A stretch of 49,088 nt of DNA from Clostridia bacterium (GTDB lineage: Bacteria > CBDUZB01 > JAGLHV01). Shown here piece after piece: positions 10,316 to 19,114 of the stretch. The notes beneath the pieces are model-generated. The model searched no databases, had not been told where the DNA came from, and saw only the letters and a list, made by a program, of their open reading frames with translations. The stretch lies in assembly GCA_030595925.1 (NCBI GenBank), contig JAUVLC010000003.1, positions 1 to 49,088 of the forward strand, read 5' to 3'. Both the position numbers and the translations under genes were made by a program. Positions within the stretch are counted from its first letter, which is position 1. Every line of letters begins with the position of its first letter.

Positions 10316-11626
10316 ATGGAATTAAATATTCCCGGAGATGAAGAGTTAAAAAATTTAGATATACATTCTTTAGGAGAGGCTAAAATAAAATCTCCTTTAA
10401 AACTAGATAATTCCTTGTTTGTCGATGATGATGACAAAATTTTAGTTCATTCTGATTTAAAAAAAATTAAAGAGTATTTTGCCTGTCGGGAAATTCCCCC
10501 GGCTTTTCAACCTGCCGGTCCCCGGAGAAAGATTTTTTTCAATCCGGAGGAAATAACTTGCGGGGTTGTTACTTGCGGAGGAATTTGTCCGGGATTAAAT
10601 GATGTGATTAGGACAATAGTTTTAACCTTGCAATGGCAATATGGGGTTAAGAAAGTACTAGGTTTTAGATACGGATATGAAGGAATGACTTCAAAAGCAA
10701 GGAAAGAACCAGTAGAATTAAATCCTTCTATTGTTAAAGAGATTCAACATAAAGGAGGAACTATATTAGGAAGCAGCCGGGGACATCAGAATCTTGAGGA
10801 TATGATAAAGACCCTCGTCAAGTATAAAATAAAGATTCTTTTCACTATTGGCGGGGATGGAACGCTTAATGGAGCACATAATCTTTGTAAAGAGATAAAA
10901 AAGCAGGGAGAACTTATTTCCGTAATTGGAATTCCGAAAACGATTGATAATGATATTTACTGTTCGGAGACAACATTCGGGTTTGCTACTGCTGTGGAAG
11001 AAGCACGTAATTCCATTGCTGCGGCCAATGAGGAAGCTAATGCCGCTTTTAACGGAATCGGGTTAGTCAAGTTGATGGGAAGGGATTCCGGATTTATAGC
11101 AACAGAGGCATCCCTTGCTAATAGTGATGTAAATTTTTGTCTGGTTCCTGAAGTGCCTTTTACTCTTGACGGGGATAAAGGATTTTTACGACGGTTAGAG
11201 AAAAGATTGGAGCGAAAACATCATGCAGTCATCGTTGTTGCTGAAGGGGCAGGACAATATCTTATGGGGCAAAAGAAAGAAACAGTAAAAGATGCTTCCG
11301 GAAATGTTAGACATAAAGACATAGGATTTTTTTTGAAACAATCGATTAAAGAATACTTTAAAAAGAAAAATATTCCCATTACGGTAAAATATATCGATCC
11401 CAGTTATACTATTCGCAGTTGTCCTGCTAATGCGTTTGATTCTGTGGTGTGTTTGTTTTTCGGACAGAACGCCGTTCATGCCGGTATGGCAGGAAAAACC
11501 GATATGTTTATTAGTTCCTGGAGTCAGTGTTTTACCCATGTTCCACTGACTATGGCCATAAATAAAAGAAAGAAAATTAATCCTAAAAATATTTTTTGGC
11601 AAACGATATTGGCTATAACTGACTAA
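10316..11626 (+). CDS. pfkA: ATP-dependent 6-phosphofructokinase (long, group X type)
   Basis: VTCGGICPGLN, GGTILGSSRG, GGDGT (ATP-type Gly), PKTIDND, MGRDSG, KYIDPSY. Confidence 0.93.
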   Translation: MELNIPGDEELKNLDIHSLGEAKIKSPLKLDNSLFVDDDDKILVHSDLKKIKEYFACREIPPAFQPAGPRRKIFFNPEEITCGVVTCGGICPGLNDVIRTIVLTLQWQYGVKKVLGFRYGYEGMTSKARKEPVELNPSIVKEIQHKGGTILGSSRGHQNLEDMIKTLVKYKIKILFTIGGDGTLNGAHNLCKEIKKQGELISVIGIPKTIDNDIYCSETTFGFATAVEEARNSIAAANEEANAAFNGIGLVKLMGRDSGFIATEASLANSDVNFCLVPEVPFTLDGDKGFLRRLEKRLERKHHAVIVVAEGAGQYLMGQKKETVKDASGNVRHKDIGFFLKQSIKEYFKKKNIPITVKYIDPSYTIRSCPANAFDSVVCLFFGQNAVHAGMAGKTDMFISSWSQCFTHVPLTMAINKRKKINPKNIFWQTILAITD

Positions 11627-11669
11627 AATCTTAGGGACAGGCTTACATTTCTGATATCACTTAACAATC

Positions 11670-12105
11670 TGTAGTTGCGGCATTTAGAGATTGTTGAAAA
11701 ACGGTAGCCGACGGCTTCAGCCGGCGAATTTTTTTGCTGATTATTACCAAATGTTACCATGTTTTCACGCAAACTAAAGTTTGCGACTACAAAATTTGTA
11801 TTTTTCAACAATCTCTTTATGACGTATTATTATTGTCTGTTCTGTCCAATCATCCAAACTAACGGCGGACAAGTAAATTGGGCAACTACATTGATTTGGG
11901 AGAAAGGCAATTGTAGTTGCGGCATTAATTTGTACTGAGCTTGTCAAATGTATGATGCTGTTTATTGTGTTTTAATTTTTGCATCAACAGATTTGGTTAT
12001 AATTCTGTTTTAGGTAGCCGCAGACTTTAGTCTGCGTAATTTCTTCGTCGAGACTGTAACCTAAAGACTTCAACTACCAAAAGATAAAACATTTTTGACA
12101 TTACT
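11670..12105. repeat. Composite REP/MITE region, copy 2
   Basis: Same motif order as 9879-10291 (aaattgggcaactacattgatttgggagaa.ggcaattgtagttg; ttttaggtagccgcagacttt). Confidence 0.85.
11687..11815. mobile_element. 129-bp MITE (family B), copy 2
   Basis: Same TIRs and length as 9960-10088, 4-bp TSD TTTA, inserted in a REP loop. Confidence 0.9.
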
Positions 12106-12126
12106 AAAAGAAGTAAGGGGGGCAAA

Positions 12127-12303
12127 ATGGGAACAGAAGCGCTTTTTTACCAAAGTAAAAAACAGGTAATAAAGTCCGGGATTAGTTTTGGCTCAGCTCT
12201 GGCCATGGTTATTTCCTGGTCGGTTAATAAGTCGATTATCTGGGCAATAATTCACGGATTATTATCCTGGATTTATGTAATTTATTATGCTGTTACCAGA
12301 TAG
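12127..12303 (+). CDS. Small membrane protein (58 aa), not in the ORF track
   Basis: RBS aagggggg; MGTEALFYQSKKQVIKSGISFGSALAMVISWSVNKSIIWAIIHGLLSWIYVIYYAVTR*. Confidence 0.75.
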   Translation: MGTEALFYQSKKQVIKSGISFGSALAMVISWSVNKSIIWAIIHGLLSWIYVIYYAVTR

Positions 12304-12397
12304 CAAGTATTATTATTAGCAATAGATATATTTAAGCAACAAGTTTTTATATTAATTTATTTGATAATTTTGGTTCAGAGGATATAGGGTCATAACC

Positions 12398-13432
12398 GTG
12401 AAGTGTTTGTGCTTAATGTTTGTTTTTTTATTAACGGGATGGAATGTACAGGCAAAGGAAGTTAAATTTTGCGCTGTAGGTGATATTTTACTGGATAGAG
12501 GGGTAAAGAACCGTATCAGAAAAAATGGAGTTAATTATCCTTTCCAAAAAGTTTTTTCTCTTATCAAAAAGAATGATTTAGCATTTTGCAATTTAGAATG
12601 TCCGGTGTCTTTATCCGGAACACCTTCAAAGAAAACGTTTTGTTTTCATGCAAAACCAACTTATCTTAACGGAGTAAAAAATGCCGGGTTTAATGTTATA
12701 TCTATTGCTAATAATCATATACTTGATTGGGGGAGAGATGCCTTTTTGGAAACAAAAACTCTCCTTGAAAAAAATGGCCTATACCCTGTAGGAGGGGGGA
12801 AAACCCAGATTAAGGCTCGAGGCCCGACCATTATCGAATGTAAAGGATTAAAGTTTGCTTTTTTCGGTTATGTATTGCTGAGAGGAATGACTTATCGTGC
12901 GGACAGACCGGCTCCTGCCTGGGCGGGAACAGATGAAATTATTAAAGAAATAAAAAAAATAAGAAATAAAGTTGATTTTGTTATAGTATCACTGCATTGG
13001 GGAATTGAGTTTAAACAAATACCTACCGGCACGCAGGTAAAAAGAGCACATAGACTTATTGATGCCGGAGCGGATCTTATTTTGGGGCATCATTCTCATG
13101 TTTTACAGAGCATAGAGTATTATAAAGGGAAATATATTGTTTATAGTCTGGGGAATTTTGTTTTTGACCAGCATAAATTATACCGGAAACAAAGTATGAT
13201 TTTTGGGTGTACTTTTAAAAAAGAAGAAATTACTTCGGCATATTTTATTCCCATATTACTTAAAGATTTCAGGCCTCATCCGGCAAAAGGAGAAAATGCA
13301 AAAAAAATTATTAAAAAAGTAAAATTGCTTTCTAATAAATACAATATAAAATTAATCGAAACTTCGGATAAAGTTTTTCTTATGGAAAGCTATTCAAATT
13401 TATTTTTTGGGAGAAGTGGGTTTTTTAAATAG
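12398..13432 (+). CDS. CapA/PgsA-family metallophosphatase-fold protein
   Basis: VGDILLDRGV, NLECP, ANNHILDWG, SLHWGIE, GHHSHV, YSLGNFVFDQ; signal peptide. Confidence 0.92.
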   Translation: MKCLCLMFVFLLTGWNVQAKEVKFCAVGDILLDRGVKNRIRKNGVNYPFQKVFSLIKKNDLAFCNLECPVSLSGTPSKKTFCFHAKPTYLNGVKNAGFNVISIANNHILDWGRDAFLETKTLLEKNGLYPVGGGKTQIKARGPTIIECKGLKFAFFGYVLLRGMTYRADRPAPAWAGTDEIIKEIKKIRNKVDFVIVSLHWGIEFKQIPTGTQVKRAHRLIDAGADLILGHHSHVLQSIEYYKGKYIVYSLGNFVFDQHKLYRKQSMIFGCTFKKEEITSAYFIPILLKDFRPHPAKGENAKKIIKKVKLLSNKYNIKLIETSDKVFLMESYSNLFFGRSGFFK

Positions 13433-13565
13433 GCTGACAGATTTATTTTAGGGAAACATTTGTTTGCAAAATCATGGGTGGGGGTAGACAGGAAGGACGT
13501 ATTTTACAGACTATTTGGTAGAGAATAATTTAAATTTAACACAAATAATGAAGGGGATAATTTTT

Positions 13566-14174
13566 ATGAAATTGAAATTGCCGCATTTTTTACTGCTTAC
13601 CTATGTAATATTTTTTATTGCCCTGGCAATAAAGCCCTATGATAGAGACGTATGGGTTGCTGAAAATCTGCCTATAGTAGGGCTCGTTTTATTCTTGGCT
13701 GTAACCCATAGAAAATTTCAATTTTCAAATTTATCGTATATTATGATGAGTGTTTTAATATTTTTACATACGGTGGGAGGATATTTTACTTTTGAGAGAG
13801 TGCCCTTTGATTTTATAACTGATTTTTTTGGATTTGAAAGAAATCATTACGATAGAATTGCACATTTTAGCGTGGGATTTTATGCCTTTCCTGTGGCGGA
13901 GTATCTAAACAGAAAAAATCTGGTAAATTCTAAATTACTTATGGCGTTATTCGGGATATTATCTATTTTTACAGTTGCAGCAATTTATGAGATTATTGAA
14001 TGGATTTATGCTGTAACCGCTAATCCTACTGCAGGAATAGCTTTTTTAGGAAGTCAGGGCGATATATGGGATGCCCAAAAAGATATGCTTGCCGACGGTT
14101 TAGGAGCAATTCTCTCCGGTATAATTTTTTTAAAGGTTAATAAAAGAACGAAAAACAGAATAGGGAATGGTTGA
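13566..14174 (+). CDS. DUF2238 / YjdF-like inner membrane protein
   Basis: RNHYDRIAHF, FLGSQGDIWDAQKDM; start placed after RBS aagggga. Confidence 0.9.
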   Translation: MKLKLPHFLLLTYVIFFIALAIKPYDRDVWVAENLPIVGLVLFLAVTHRKFQFSNLSYIMMSVLIFLHTVGGYFTFERVPFDFITDFFGFERNHYDRIAHFSVGFYAFPVAEYLNRKNLVNSKLLMALFGILSIFTVAAIYEIIEWIYAVTANPTAGIAFLGSQGDIWDAQKDMLADGLGAILSGIIFLKVNKRTKNRIGNG

Positions 14175-14209
14175 GATTGCAATAAACTCGTAGTGTTTGT
14201 TTTTTTATC

Positions 14210-14255
14210 TTGACAATCACCATAAAATATGGTTATATAAACATAGAATATGGTT
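14210..14255 (+). promoter_or_regulatory. Promoter with two palindromic operator boxes
   Basis: TTGACA at 14210; accataaaatatggt (from 14219) and acatagaatatggt (from 14241). Confidence 0.55.
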
Positions 14256-14274
14256 GTAAGAATCGGAGGCAATT

Positions 14275-14601
14275 ATGCTTGAACCTATTTTAGGAAATGG
14301 GACTGTAGAAAAAATCCTTCTTTTTCTGTCTGTTTACGGAGAAGGGTATGGGACAAAAATGTCAGATACATTTAATATTCCATTAAATGGAATTCAGCAA
14401 CAGTTAAAGCGATTGGAAGACGGGGGTGTTTTAGTAAGTCAATTAAAGGGAAAAACAAGAATTTATAAGTTTAATCCCCGATATTTTTTTCTGAAGGAAC
14501 TAAAAAGCCTTCTGGAAAAAACTTTGAGCGTGTTACCTGAAAAAGAATTAAAGAAATATTATTGCCAAAGAACAAGACCAAGGAGAAAAGGAAAACCTTG
14601 A
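14275..14601 (+). CDS. Winged-HTH (ArsR-like) protein, putative antitoxin/regulator
   Basis: IQQQLKRLEDGGVLVSQLKGKTRIYKFNPRY, basic tail RTRPRRKGKP; TTGA overlap with the next gene. Confidence 0.8.
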   Translation: MLEPILGNGTVEKILLFLSVYGEGYGTKMSDTFNIPLNGIQQQLKRLEDGGVLVSQLKGKTRIYKFNPRYFFLKELKSLLEKTLSVLPEKELKKYYCQRTRPRRKGKP

Positions 14602-15146
14602 AAAGAAAAATAAATTGGGACGGTATAAATATAAAAGATTTAGCGTGTTTAATATCTGAGCATTTGAGTAAACATAATATTGAAACTGTTCTTGTGGGAG
14701 GAGCTTGTGTTTCAATTTATTCCCATAATGAGTATCTTTCATATGATCTTGATTTTGTAATATATAATACAATCAAGGAGATTAAACCTTTTTTAGAAGA
14801 GTTAGGGTTCAAACAAAAAAGCACTCGTCATTTTGTGCGGAAAGATTGTTCATATTATATTGAATTTGTTACTTCTCCTGTATCTATAGGAAACGAGGCA
14901 GTAATAACAAAGTTTAAAAAACTAAAAACAAAGAAAGGGACATTATTATTATTATCGGCAACTGATTGTGTTAAAGATAGGCTTGCAGCGTATTATCATT
15001 GGAATGATCCTCAGTCCTTAGATCAGGCAGTAATGGTAACTAAAAAACAAAAGGTTGATTTGAAGGATATTAAAAAGTGGTCAATAAAAGAAAATGCAAA
15101 AGAAAAATTCAATAAATTCAAAAAGATTTTGGATAATGAAAAATAA
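14598..15146 (+). CDS. Nucleotidyltransferase-fold protein (putative toxin partner)
   Basis: VLVGGACVSIYS..YLSYDLDF (GG...DxD). TTG start at 14598, in frame with track ORF 14562. Confidence 0.75.
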   Translation: MKRKINWDGINIKDLACLISEHLSKHNIETVLVGGACVSIYSHNEYLSYDLDFVIYNTIKEIKPFLEELGFKQKSTRHFVRKDCSYYIEFVTSPVSIGNEAVITKFKKLKTKKGTLLLLSATDCVKDRLAAYYHWNDPQSLDQAVMVTKKQKVDLKDIKKWSIKENAKEKFNKFKKILDNEK

Positions 15147-15241
15147 ATAAAATTTGAACTTGGGTTTTTACAAGGAAATATCTTCCGAAAATTCAATAAA
15201 AGTATAAAAAAGTAATAAAAAACATTGATTTTAAAAAAATT

Positions 15242-15445
15242 ATGAATGATAAAAAAATTTGCCGATGGTTTGAAGTGTGTCCTCTTAAAAATTTTTACCA
15301 ACAAAAGAAAATAAATAAACAGTGGATTGAAGACTACTGTTGGGGAGATTATTCAAAGTGTGTCAGGAAAAAAATGGAAGAAGACAACTTATATCATCCG
15401 GACAATATGATGCCGGACGGAACAATTGACGAAAGTTTAAAATAA
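15242..15445 (+). CDS. Small Cys-rich hypothetical protein
   Basis: CRWFEVCP...YCWGDYSKCVR...HPDNMMPDG. Confidence 0.7.
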   Translation: MNDKKICRWFEVCPLKNFYQQKKINKQWIEDYCWGDYSKCVRKKMEEDNLYHPDNMMPDGTIDESLK

Positions 15446-15475
15446 AAGAGATTTATTTAAAGGAGGAAGAACAAA

Positions 15476-15742
15476 ATGCCTACATACGGGTATAAATGTG
15501 AAAAATGCGGTTATGAATTTGAAGAATTTCAGAATATTACAGCTCCACCGATTGAAAAATGTTCCCAATGTGATGGAGAAGTAAAACGCGTGATTGGAAC
15601 GGGAATGCAGGTGATTTTTAAAGGTTCGGGATTTTACGCAACGGATAACAAAAAGAGTGCTCCCACAGGCGGAACATGTTGTGGCAGGACCGAACGGTGT
15701 GATAAACCACCTTGCTCCGATACTGAAAGTTGTAAGAGATAA
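15476..15742 (+). CDS. FmdB-family zinc-ribbon protein
   Basis: MPTYGYKCEKCG, CSQC, FKGSGFYATD; strong RBS. Confidence 0.93.
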   Translation: MPTYGYKCEKCGYEFEEFQNITAPPIEKCSQCDGEVKRVIGTGMQVIFKGSGFYATDNKKSAPTGGTCCGRTERCDKPPCSDTESCKR

Positions 15743-15895
15743 TGGGGAGAGGGATAGGGTGAGGGGAAAAATGGTTTGTTGTGAGGTCGTTTGTTTTTCA
15801 AATATTCAAAAAAAATCGACAGGACAGAAAGATTTATGTAATGATTGTATGTAAAAATAAGATATATTTATTAGAAAAACATAATATCAAAAATT

Positions 15896-16135
15896 CTATG
15901 ATGCCTTGGAATGTAATTTAGCATACCTATCTACTAATTGACGAATCATTTTTTGATATTTTATGTGGTGTTGTCTGGCATAGTGTTTAAAAAATTCTAC
16001 GCTTGATTTACTTAAAGACAGTGTGATTTTTACAGTTTCCTGTGGAATGACCAATTCCTCCGGTGGTGGAAGAAAATCTTTAATTCTAACCATTTTTCCA
16101 ATGGGTTTATTCGAGTCAGTCATCTTTTTTTTCAT
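15896..16135 (-). CDS. BrnA-like (CopG/RHH) antitoxin
   Basis: DFLPPPEEL...KITLSLSKSSVEFFK...KYQKMIRQLVD; overlaps the BrnT gene. Confidence 0.8.
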   Translation of the reverse strand: MKKKMTDSNKPIGKMVRIKDFLPPPEELVIPQETVKITLSLSKSSVEFFKHYARQHHIKYQKMIRQLVDRYAKLHSKAS

Positions 16136-16403
16136 AGTATTGTTTCCCCTTTCTCCAATAGCCAGCACCGATTATCCTGATTTTTTCTTTACGATAAGTG
16201 AATCTGACCGTTAGAATTTTGCCTTTTACTTTTCCGACACAGAAAAATCTTTCTTCTTTTTTACTATGTTTTGAGTCATTATAAATTTTTCTTTTAATAT
16301 CTTTAAATGCTTTTGCAGCAGTGATGAAGTCAACGCCATGTTTATTAATATTGACGAATTCTTTTTCTAAATCCCAGATGAAATTACTAATATTAGCTAC
16401 CAT
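16116..16403 (-). CDS. BrnT-family toxin
   Basis: FIWDLEKEFVNINKHGVDF, DSKHSKKEERF, IRIIGAGYWRKG. Confidence 0.9.
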   Translation of the reverse strand: MVANISNFIWDLEKEFVNINKHGVDFITAAKAFKDIKRKIYNDSKHSKKEERFFCVGKVKGKILTVRFTYRKEKIRIIGAGYWRKGKQYYEKKDD

Positions 16404-16734
16404 AATAAAAGAATAACATAAGTATTGCCATTTGTCAATACAATTATATGTATAAATTTACAGAAAAAGAAATATCGATAGTAAAACAAAAATCCGGTAT
16501 TTTTTTCAATTGGATTAGCGAAAGCCGGCATTTAAAAAATAAATCGATAAAATGAGAAAAAGTATGTTATATTACGCATACTAACTGGTGTTTGTATATA
16601 ATAATTTAGAGCAAGTATTAATTATAACGACAGTTTATCATTAATTTCAGAAAAAACAGAAAAACATTAACTTATTATCTTAAGTCCTTCCCTTATTACT
16701 TACAAAACGCTGCATGTTTTTGACAGTATAGAGT

Positions 16735-17727
16735 ATGGCGAAATTATGCTCGAGGAAATTTATGGATAGTCCAATTTTCTTAATAGGTGCCGGATTTAAC
16801 GTAGATGCCAATTCACAAATACGTAGTCGCGAATATCGATATCCGCTCACCGGTGATTTGCTTGAACCATGCTTTGAGATCACGGAACTACCGGTTGGAA
16901 AGTCGATCGAAGACCTATTCCAAAACTCTATAGAGCAACGAGAAATATCTCCTTTACAGCGACTTTGCGATTTGGTGATGGGAGCTGATTACTATTTTGG
17001 CGGACAATTCACCAATGAGAATGAAAATATAGAGAACCCTTATAACCAATTTTTACAAAAATTCCGGGATTCTCACTTTATAACATTCAACTATGATTCA
17101 TTATTGGAAATACTGTTGTTCCATAAAAAAAGGTGGAAACCTGATGACGGATATGGCATTAATGTACACACGGAAATACGACCATTTGAACTTCCTAAAC
17201 ATTCAAATAATCTGGTACTACATCTACATGGTTCGTTTTGTGTAAATTCTGTAGAAGTCTATTTCGAAAAAGATAGAACAAGTTTGATAGAGTGGATGAA
17301 GCCTTTAGAAAAACCACAATATGTCTTTGATCCTCATTCAATAACTCATAGATTTTCTCCTTATGAGCGTATTCATTCTCGGTCATACAGGGATCCCTTT
17401 AAACGTGTTATTGCACCTATTCCGGATAAGGCAAAAAATATCAATTGTTCTTCTTTTGTGGTTGCTGTATATAAGAAGGCTATTTTCTTGATAAAACAAT
17501 GTGATACTATAGTTTCCATAGGTTACAGATTTGGCGAACAGGATGTTTCCTCGTATGAGTCTATCCTGAAAGCATTATCAGGATCAAACAAATCAAAAAG
17601 ATTAATCGTCATTTCACCCGATGCAAAGGAAATCGTCTCAAGAATTAAAAAAGATTACCATTTTGAGATCATACCATTAGAACTTACATTCGGTGGGTGG
17701 GCTTCTAAAGGATTTAGACTACCATAG
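16735..17727 (+). CDS. SIR2-like domain protein
   Basis: FLIGAGFN, ITFNYDSLLE, LHLHGS, IGYRF..QD motifs. Confidence 0.8.
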   Translation: MAKLCSRKFMDSPIFLIGAGFNVDANSQIRSREYRYPLTGDLLEPCFEITELPVGKSIEDLFQNSIEQREISPLQRLCDLVMGADYYFGGQFTNENENIENPYNQFLQKFRDSHFITFNYDSLLEILLFHKKRWKPDDGYGINVHTEIRPFELPKHSNNLVLHLHGSFCVNSVEVYFEKDRTSLIEWMKPLEKPQYVFDPHSITHRFSPYERIHSRSYRDPFKRVIAPIPDKAKNINCSSFVVAVYKKAIFLIKQCDTIVSIGYRFGEQDVSSYESILKALSGSNKSKRLIVISPDAKEIVSRIKKDYHFEIIPLELTFGGWASKGFRLP

Positions 17728-18029
17728 TTAGAAAATGAAAAGAGTGAAAAATGGTCGTTGCTAAAAAAGTTAAATAACTATTGAGAAATAGAAGATAGGT
17801 TTAAGATAATGAAATAATGGGTAGCCTTTTGGGGAAAACCTTGAAATGTGAAAATAGGGTTGGAAAAATTTTTAGAAAAAACTTTTGACTTTTTTTACTT
17901 ATTGAGTTATATTAGTCAATATCAGAAAAATAGAGGATCATTCTCTAATTTTAGGTTTTCTTTCTGGAATTGACAATTTTATATGTCTATGTAAATATGT
18001 CTTAACAAAATAAAAAGGAGGAGTAAATT

Positions 18030-18191
18030 ATGTCTATCGTATCGGAGTCGGAATTCAAAGGAAATCCCATGTTGGTCATTAAGAATGATGAAGAGGATAA
18101 ATACCCTTTTCAATTCGGATTAAGGAAGGCCAAGCTGATACTGGAGAATGTTGAAGAGATTAAGAAATTCGTGGAAAAAAACGATAAGTAG
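18030..18191 (+). CDS. Small hypothetical protein (53 aa), not in the ORF track
   Basis: Strong RBS aaggaggag; MSIVSESEFKGNPMLVIKNDEEDKYPFQFGLRKAKLILENVEEIKKFVEKNDK*. Confidence 0.8.
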   Translation: MSIVSESEFKGNPMLVIKNDEEDKYPFQFGLRKAKLILENVEEIKKFVEKNDK

Positions 18192-18265
18192 CCTTTAGAG
18201 ATTGTCAAAAGTATAATGGACACAGCTGAATGGGTGTAAGATGTTACTACTGGAGATTTTTATGG

Positions 18266-18305
18266 TGGCGAAGGCATACTACTTATAAGTAGTATGCCTT
18301 CGCCA
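18266..18305. repeat. Perfect 40-bp palindrome
   Basis: tggcgaaggcatactactta|taagtagtatgccttcgcca. Confidence 0.95.
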
Positions 18306-18366
18306 GAGATAAAATGAAAAAGGAATTTTTTTATACAGGGATAAAAAAGAAAATATTTTTTTTTGC

Positions 18367-18396
18367 TTGACAAATACTACTTATAAGTAGTATAAT
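18367..18396 (+). promoter_or_regulatory. Consensus promoter overlapped by a 20-bp palindromic operator
   Basis: TTGACA-18 bp-TATAAT; atactacttataagtagtat at 18374-18393; ATG only 8 nt after the -10 box. Confidence 0.85.
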
Positions 18397-18404
18397 TACG
18401 CAAG

Positions 18405-19103
18405 ATGAAGAATAAAATCTCTTATATTAAAAATGAACAGAAGAAAATAGCGGAGCTGGTAAAACGGAAATTTAAAAATTATTATTTAACAGGGGGTACC
18501 GCTTTATCTTTCTATTTTGAGCATGGGTTTTCCGAAGACCTGGATTTTTTTACTCAAGAGTATAAAAAAGAAGATGCAGACCAAATAATAAAGTTTGTTT
18601 CGAAAAATACCGGTTTTAAATTTAAGTTAGAGGGTGAACAGGACGATCCTAAGTTGATACCCATGAAAGTATATTTTTTAGAATTTAAGAGAGATTGTGT
18701 TTTAAAAGTAGACTTTGTTCAGGATTTTGCGAAGAATATCAAGAAAATAAAAAACGGACTGCATTCTATAGAAGATATCTATTTCAGAAAAATTATTGCG
18801 GCTATTGGAACAAAGAGAAAAGAGAGTACGACAGGGATGGTAATAGCTGGTGGACGTCAGACAGTGAAAGATCTTTTTGATATTTATTACTTATCAAAAA
18901 ATTACAAGACTATCTCGGACTTCTTTTTAAAATATTTTACTATCGATAAAGTGGAAAGATTTATTGCGTGGTATAGAGGGTTTAATAGGATAGATTTAAA
19001 ACTGGAATTGTTGGATTTGGTTGATGGAGTGGATTCAGGCAAGGTACTTAGATATCTTGATGATGAAATTTTAAAGAAACTGCCGGATAAGTTGATTGTG
19101 TGA
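18405..19103 (+). CDS. AbiEii/AbiGii-family nucleotidyltransferase toxin
   Basis: YYLTGGTALSFYFEHGFSEDLDFF, KDLFDIYYL. Confidence 0.88.
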   Translation: MKNKISYIKNEQKKIAELVKRKFKNYYLTGGTALSFYFEHGFSEDLDFFTQEYKKEDADQIIKFVSKNTGFKFKLEGEQDDPKLIPMKVYFLEFKRDCVLKVDFVQDFAKNIKKIKNGLHSIEDIYFRKIIAAIGTKRKESTTGMVIAGGRQTVKDLFDIYYLSKNYKTISDFFLKYFTIDKVERFIAWYRGFNRIDLKLELLDLVDGVDSGKVLRYLDDEILKKLPDKLIV

Positions 19104-19114
19104 GGTGATAAAAA

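Noticed and set aside
10088-11811. Minus-strand ORFs 10088-10273 and 11623-11811
   Set aside because: They lie within REP/MITE repeats and are likely chance frames.
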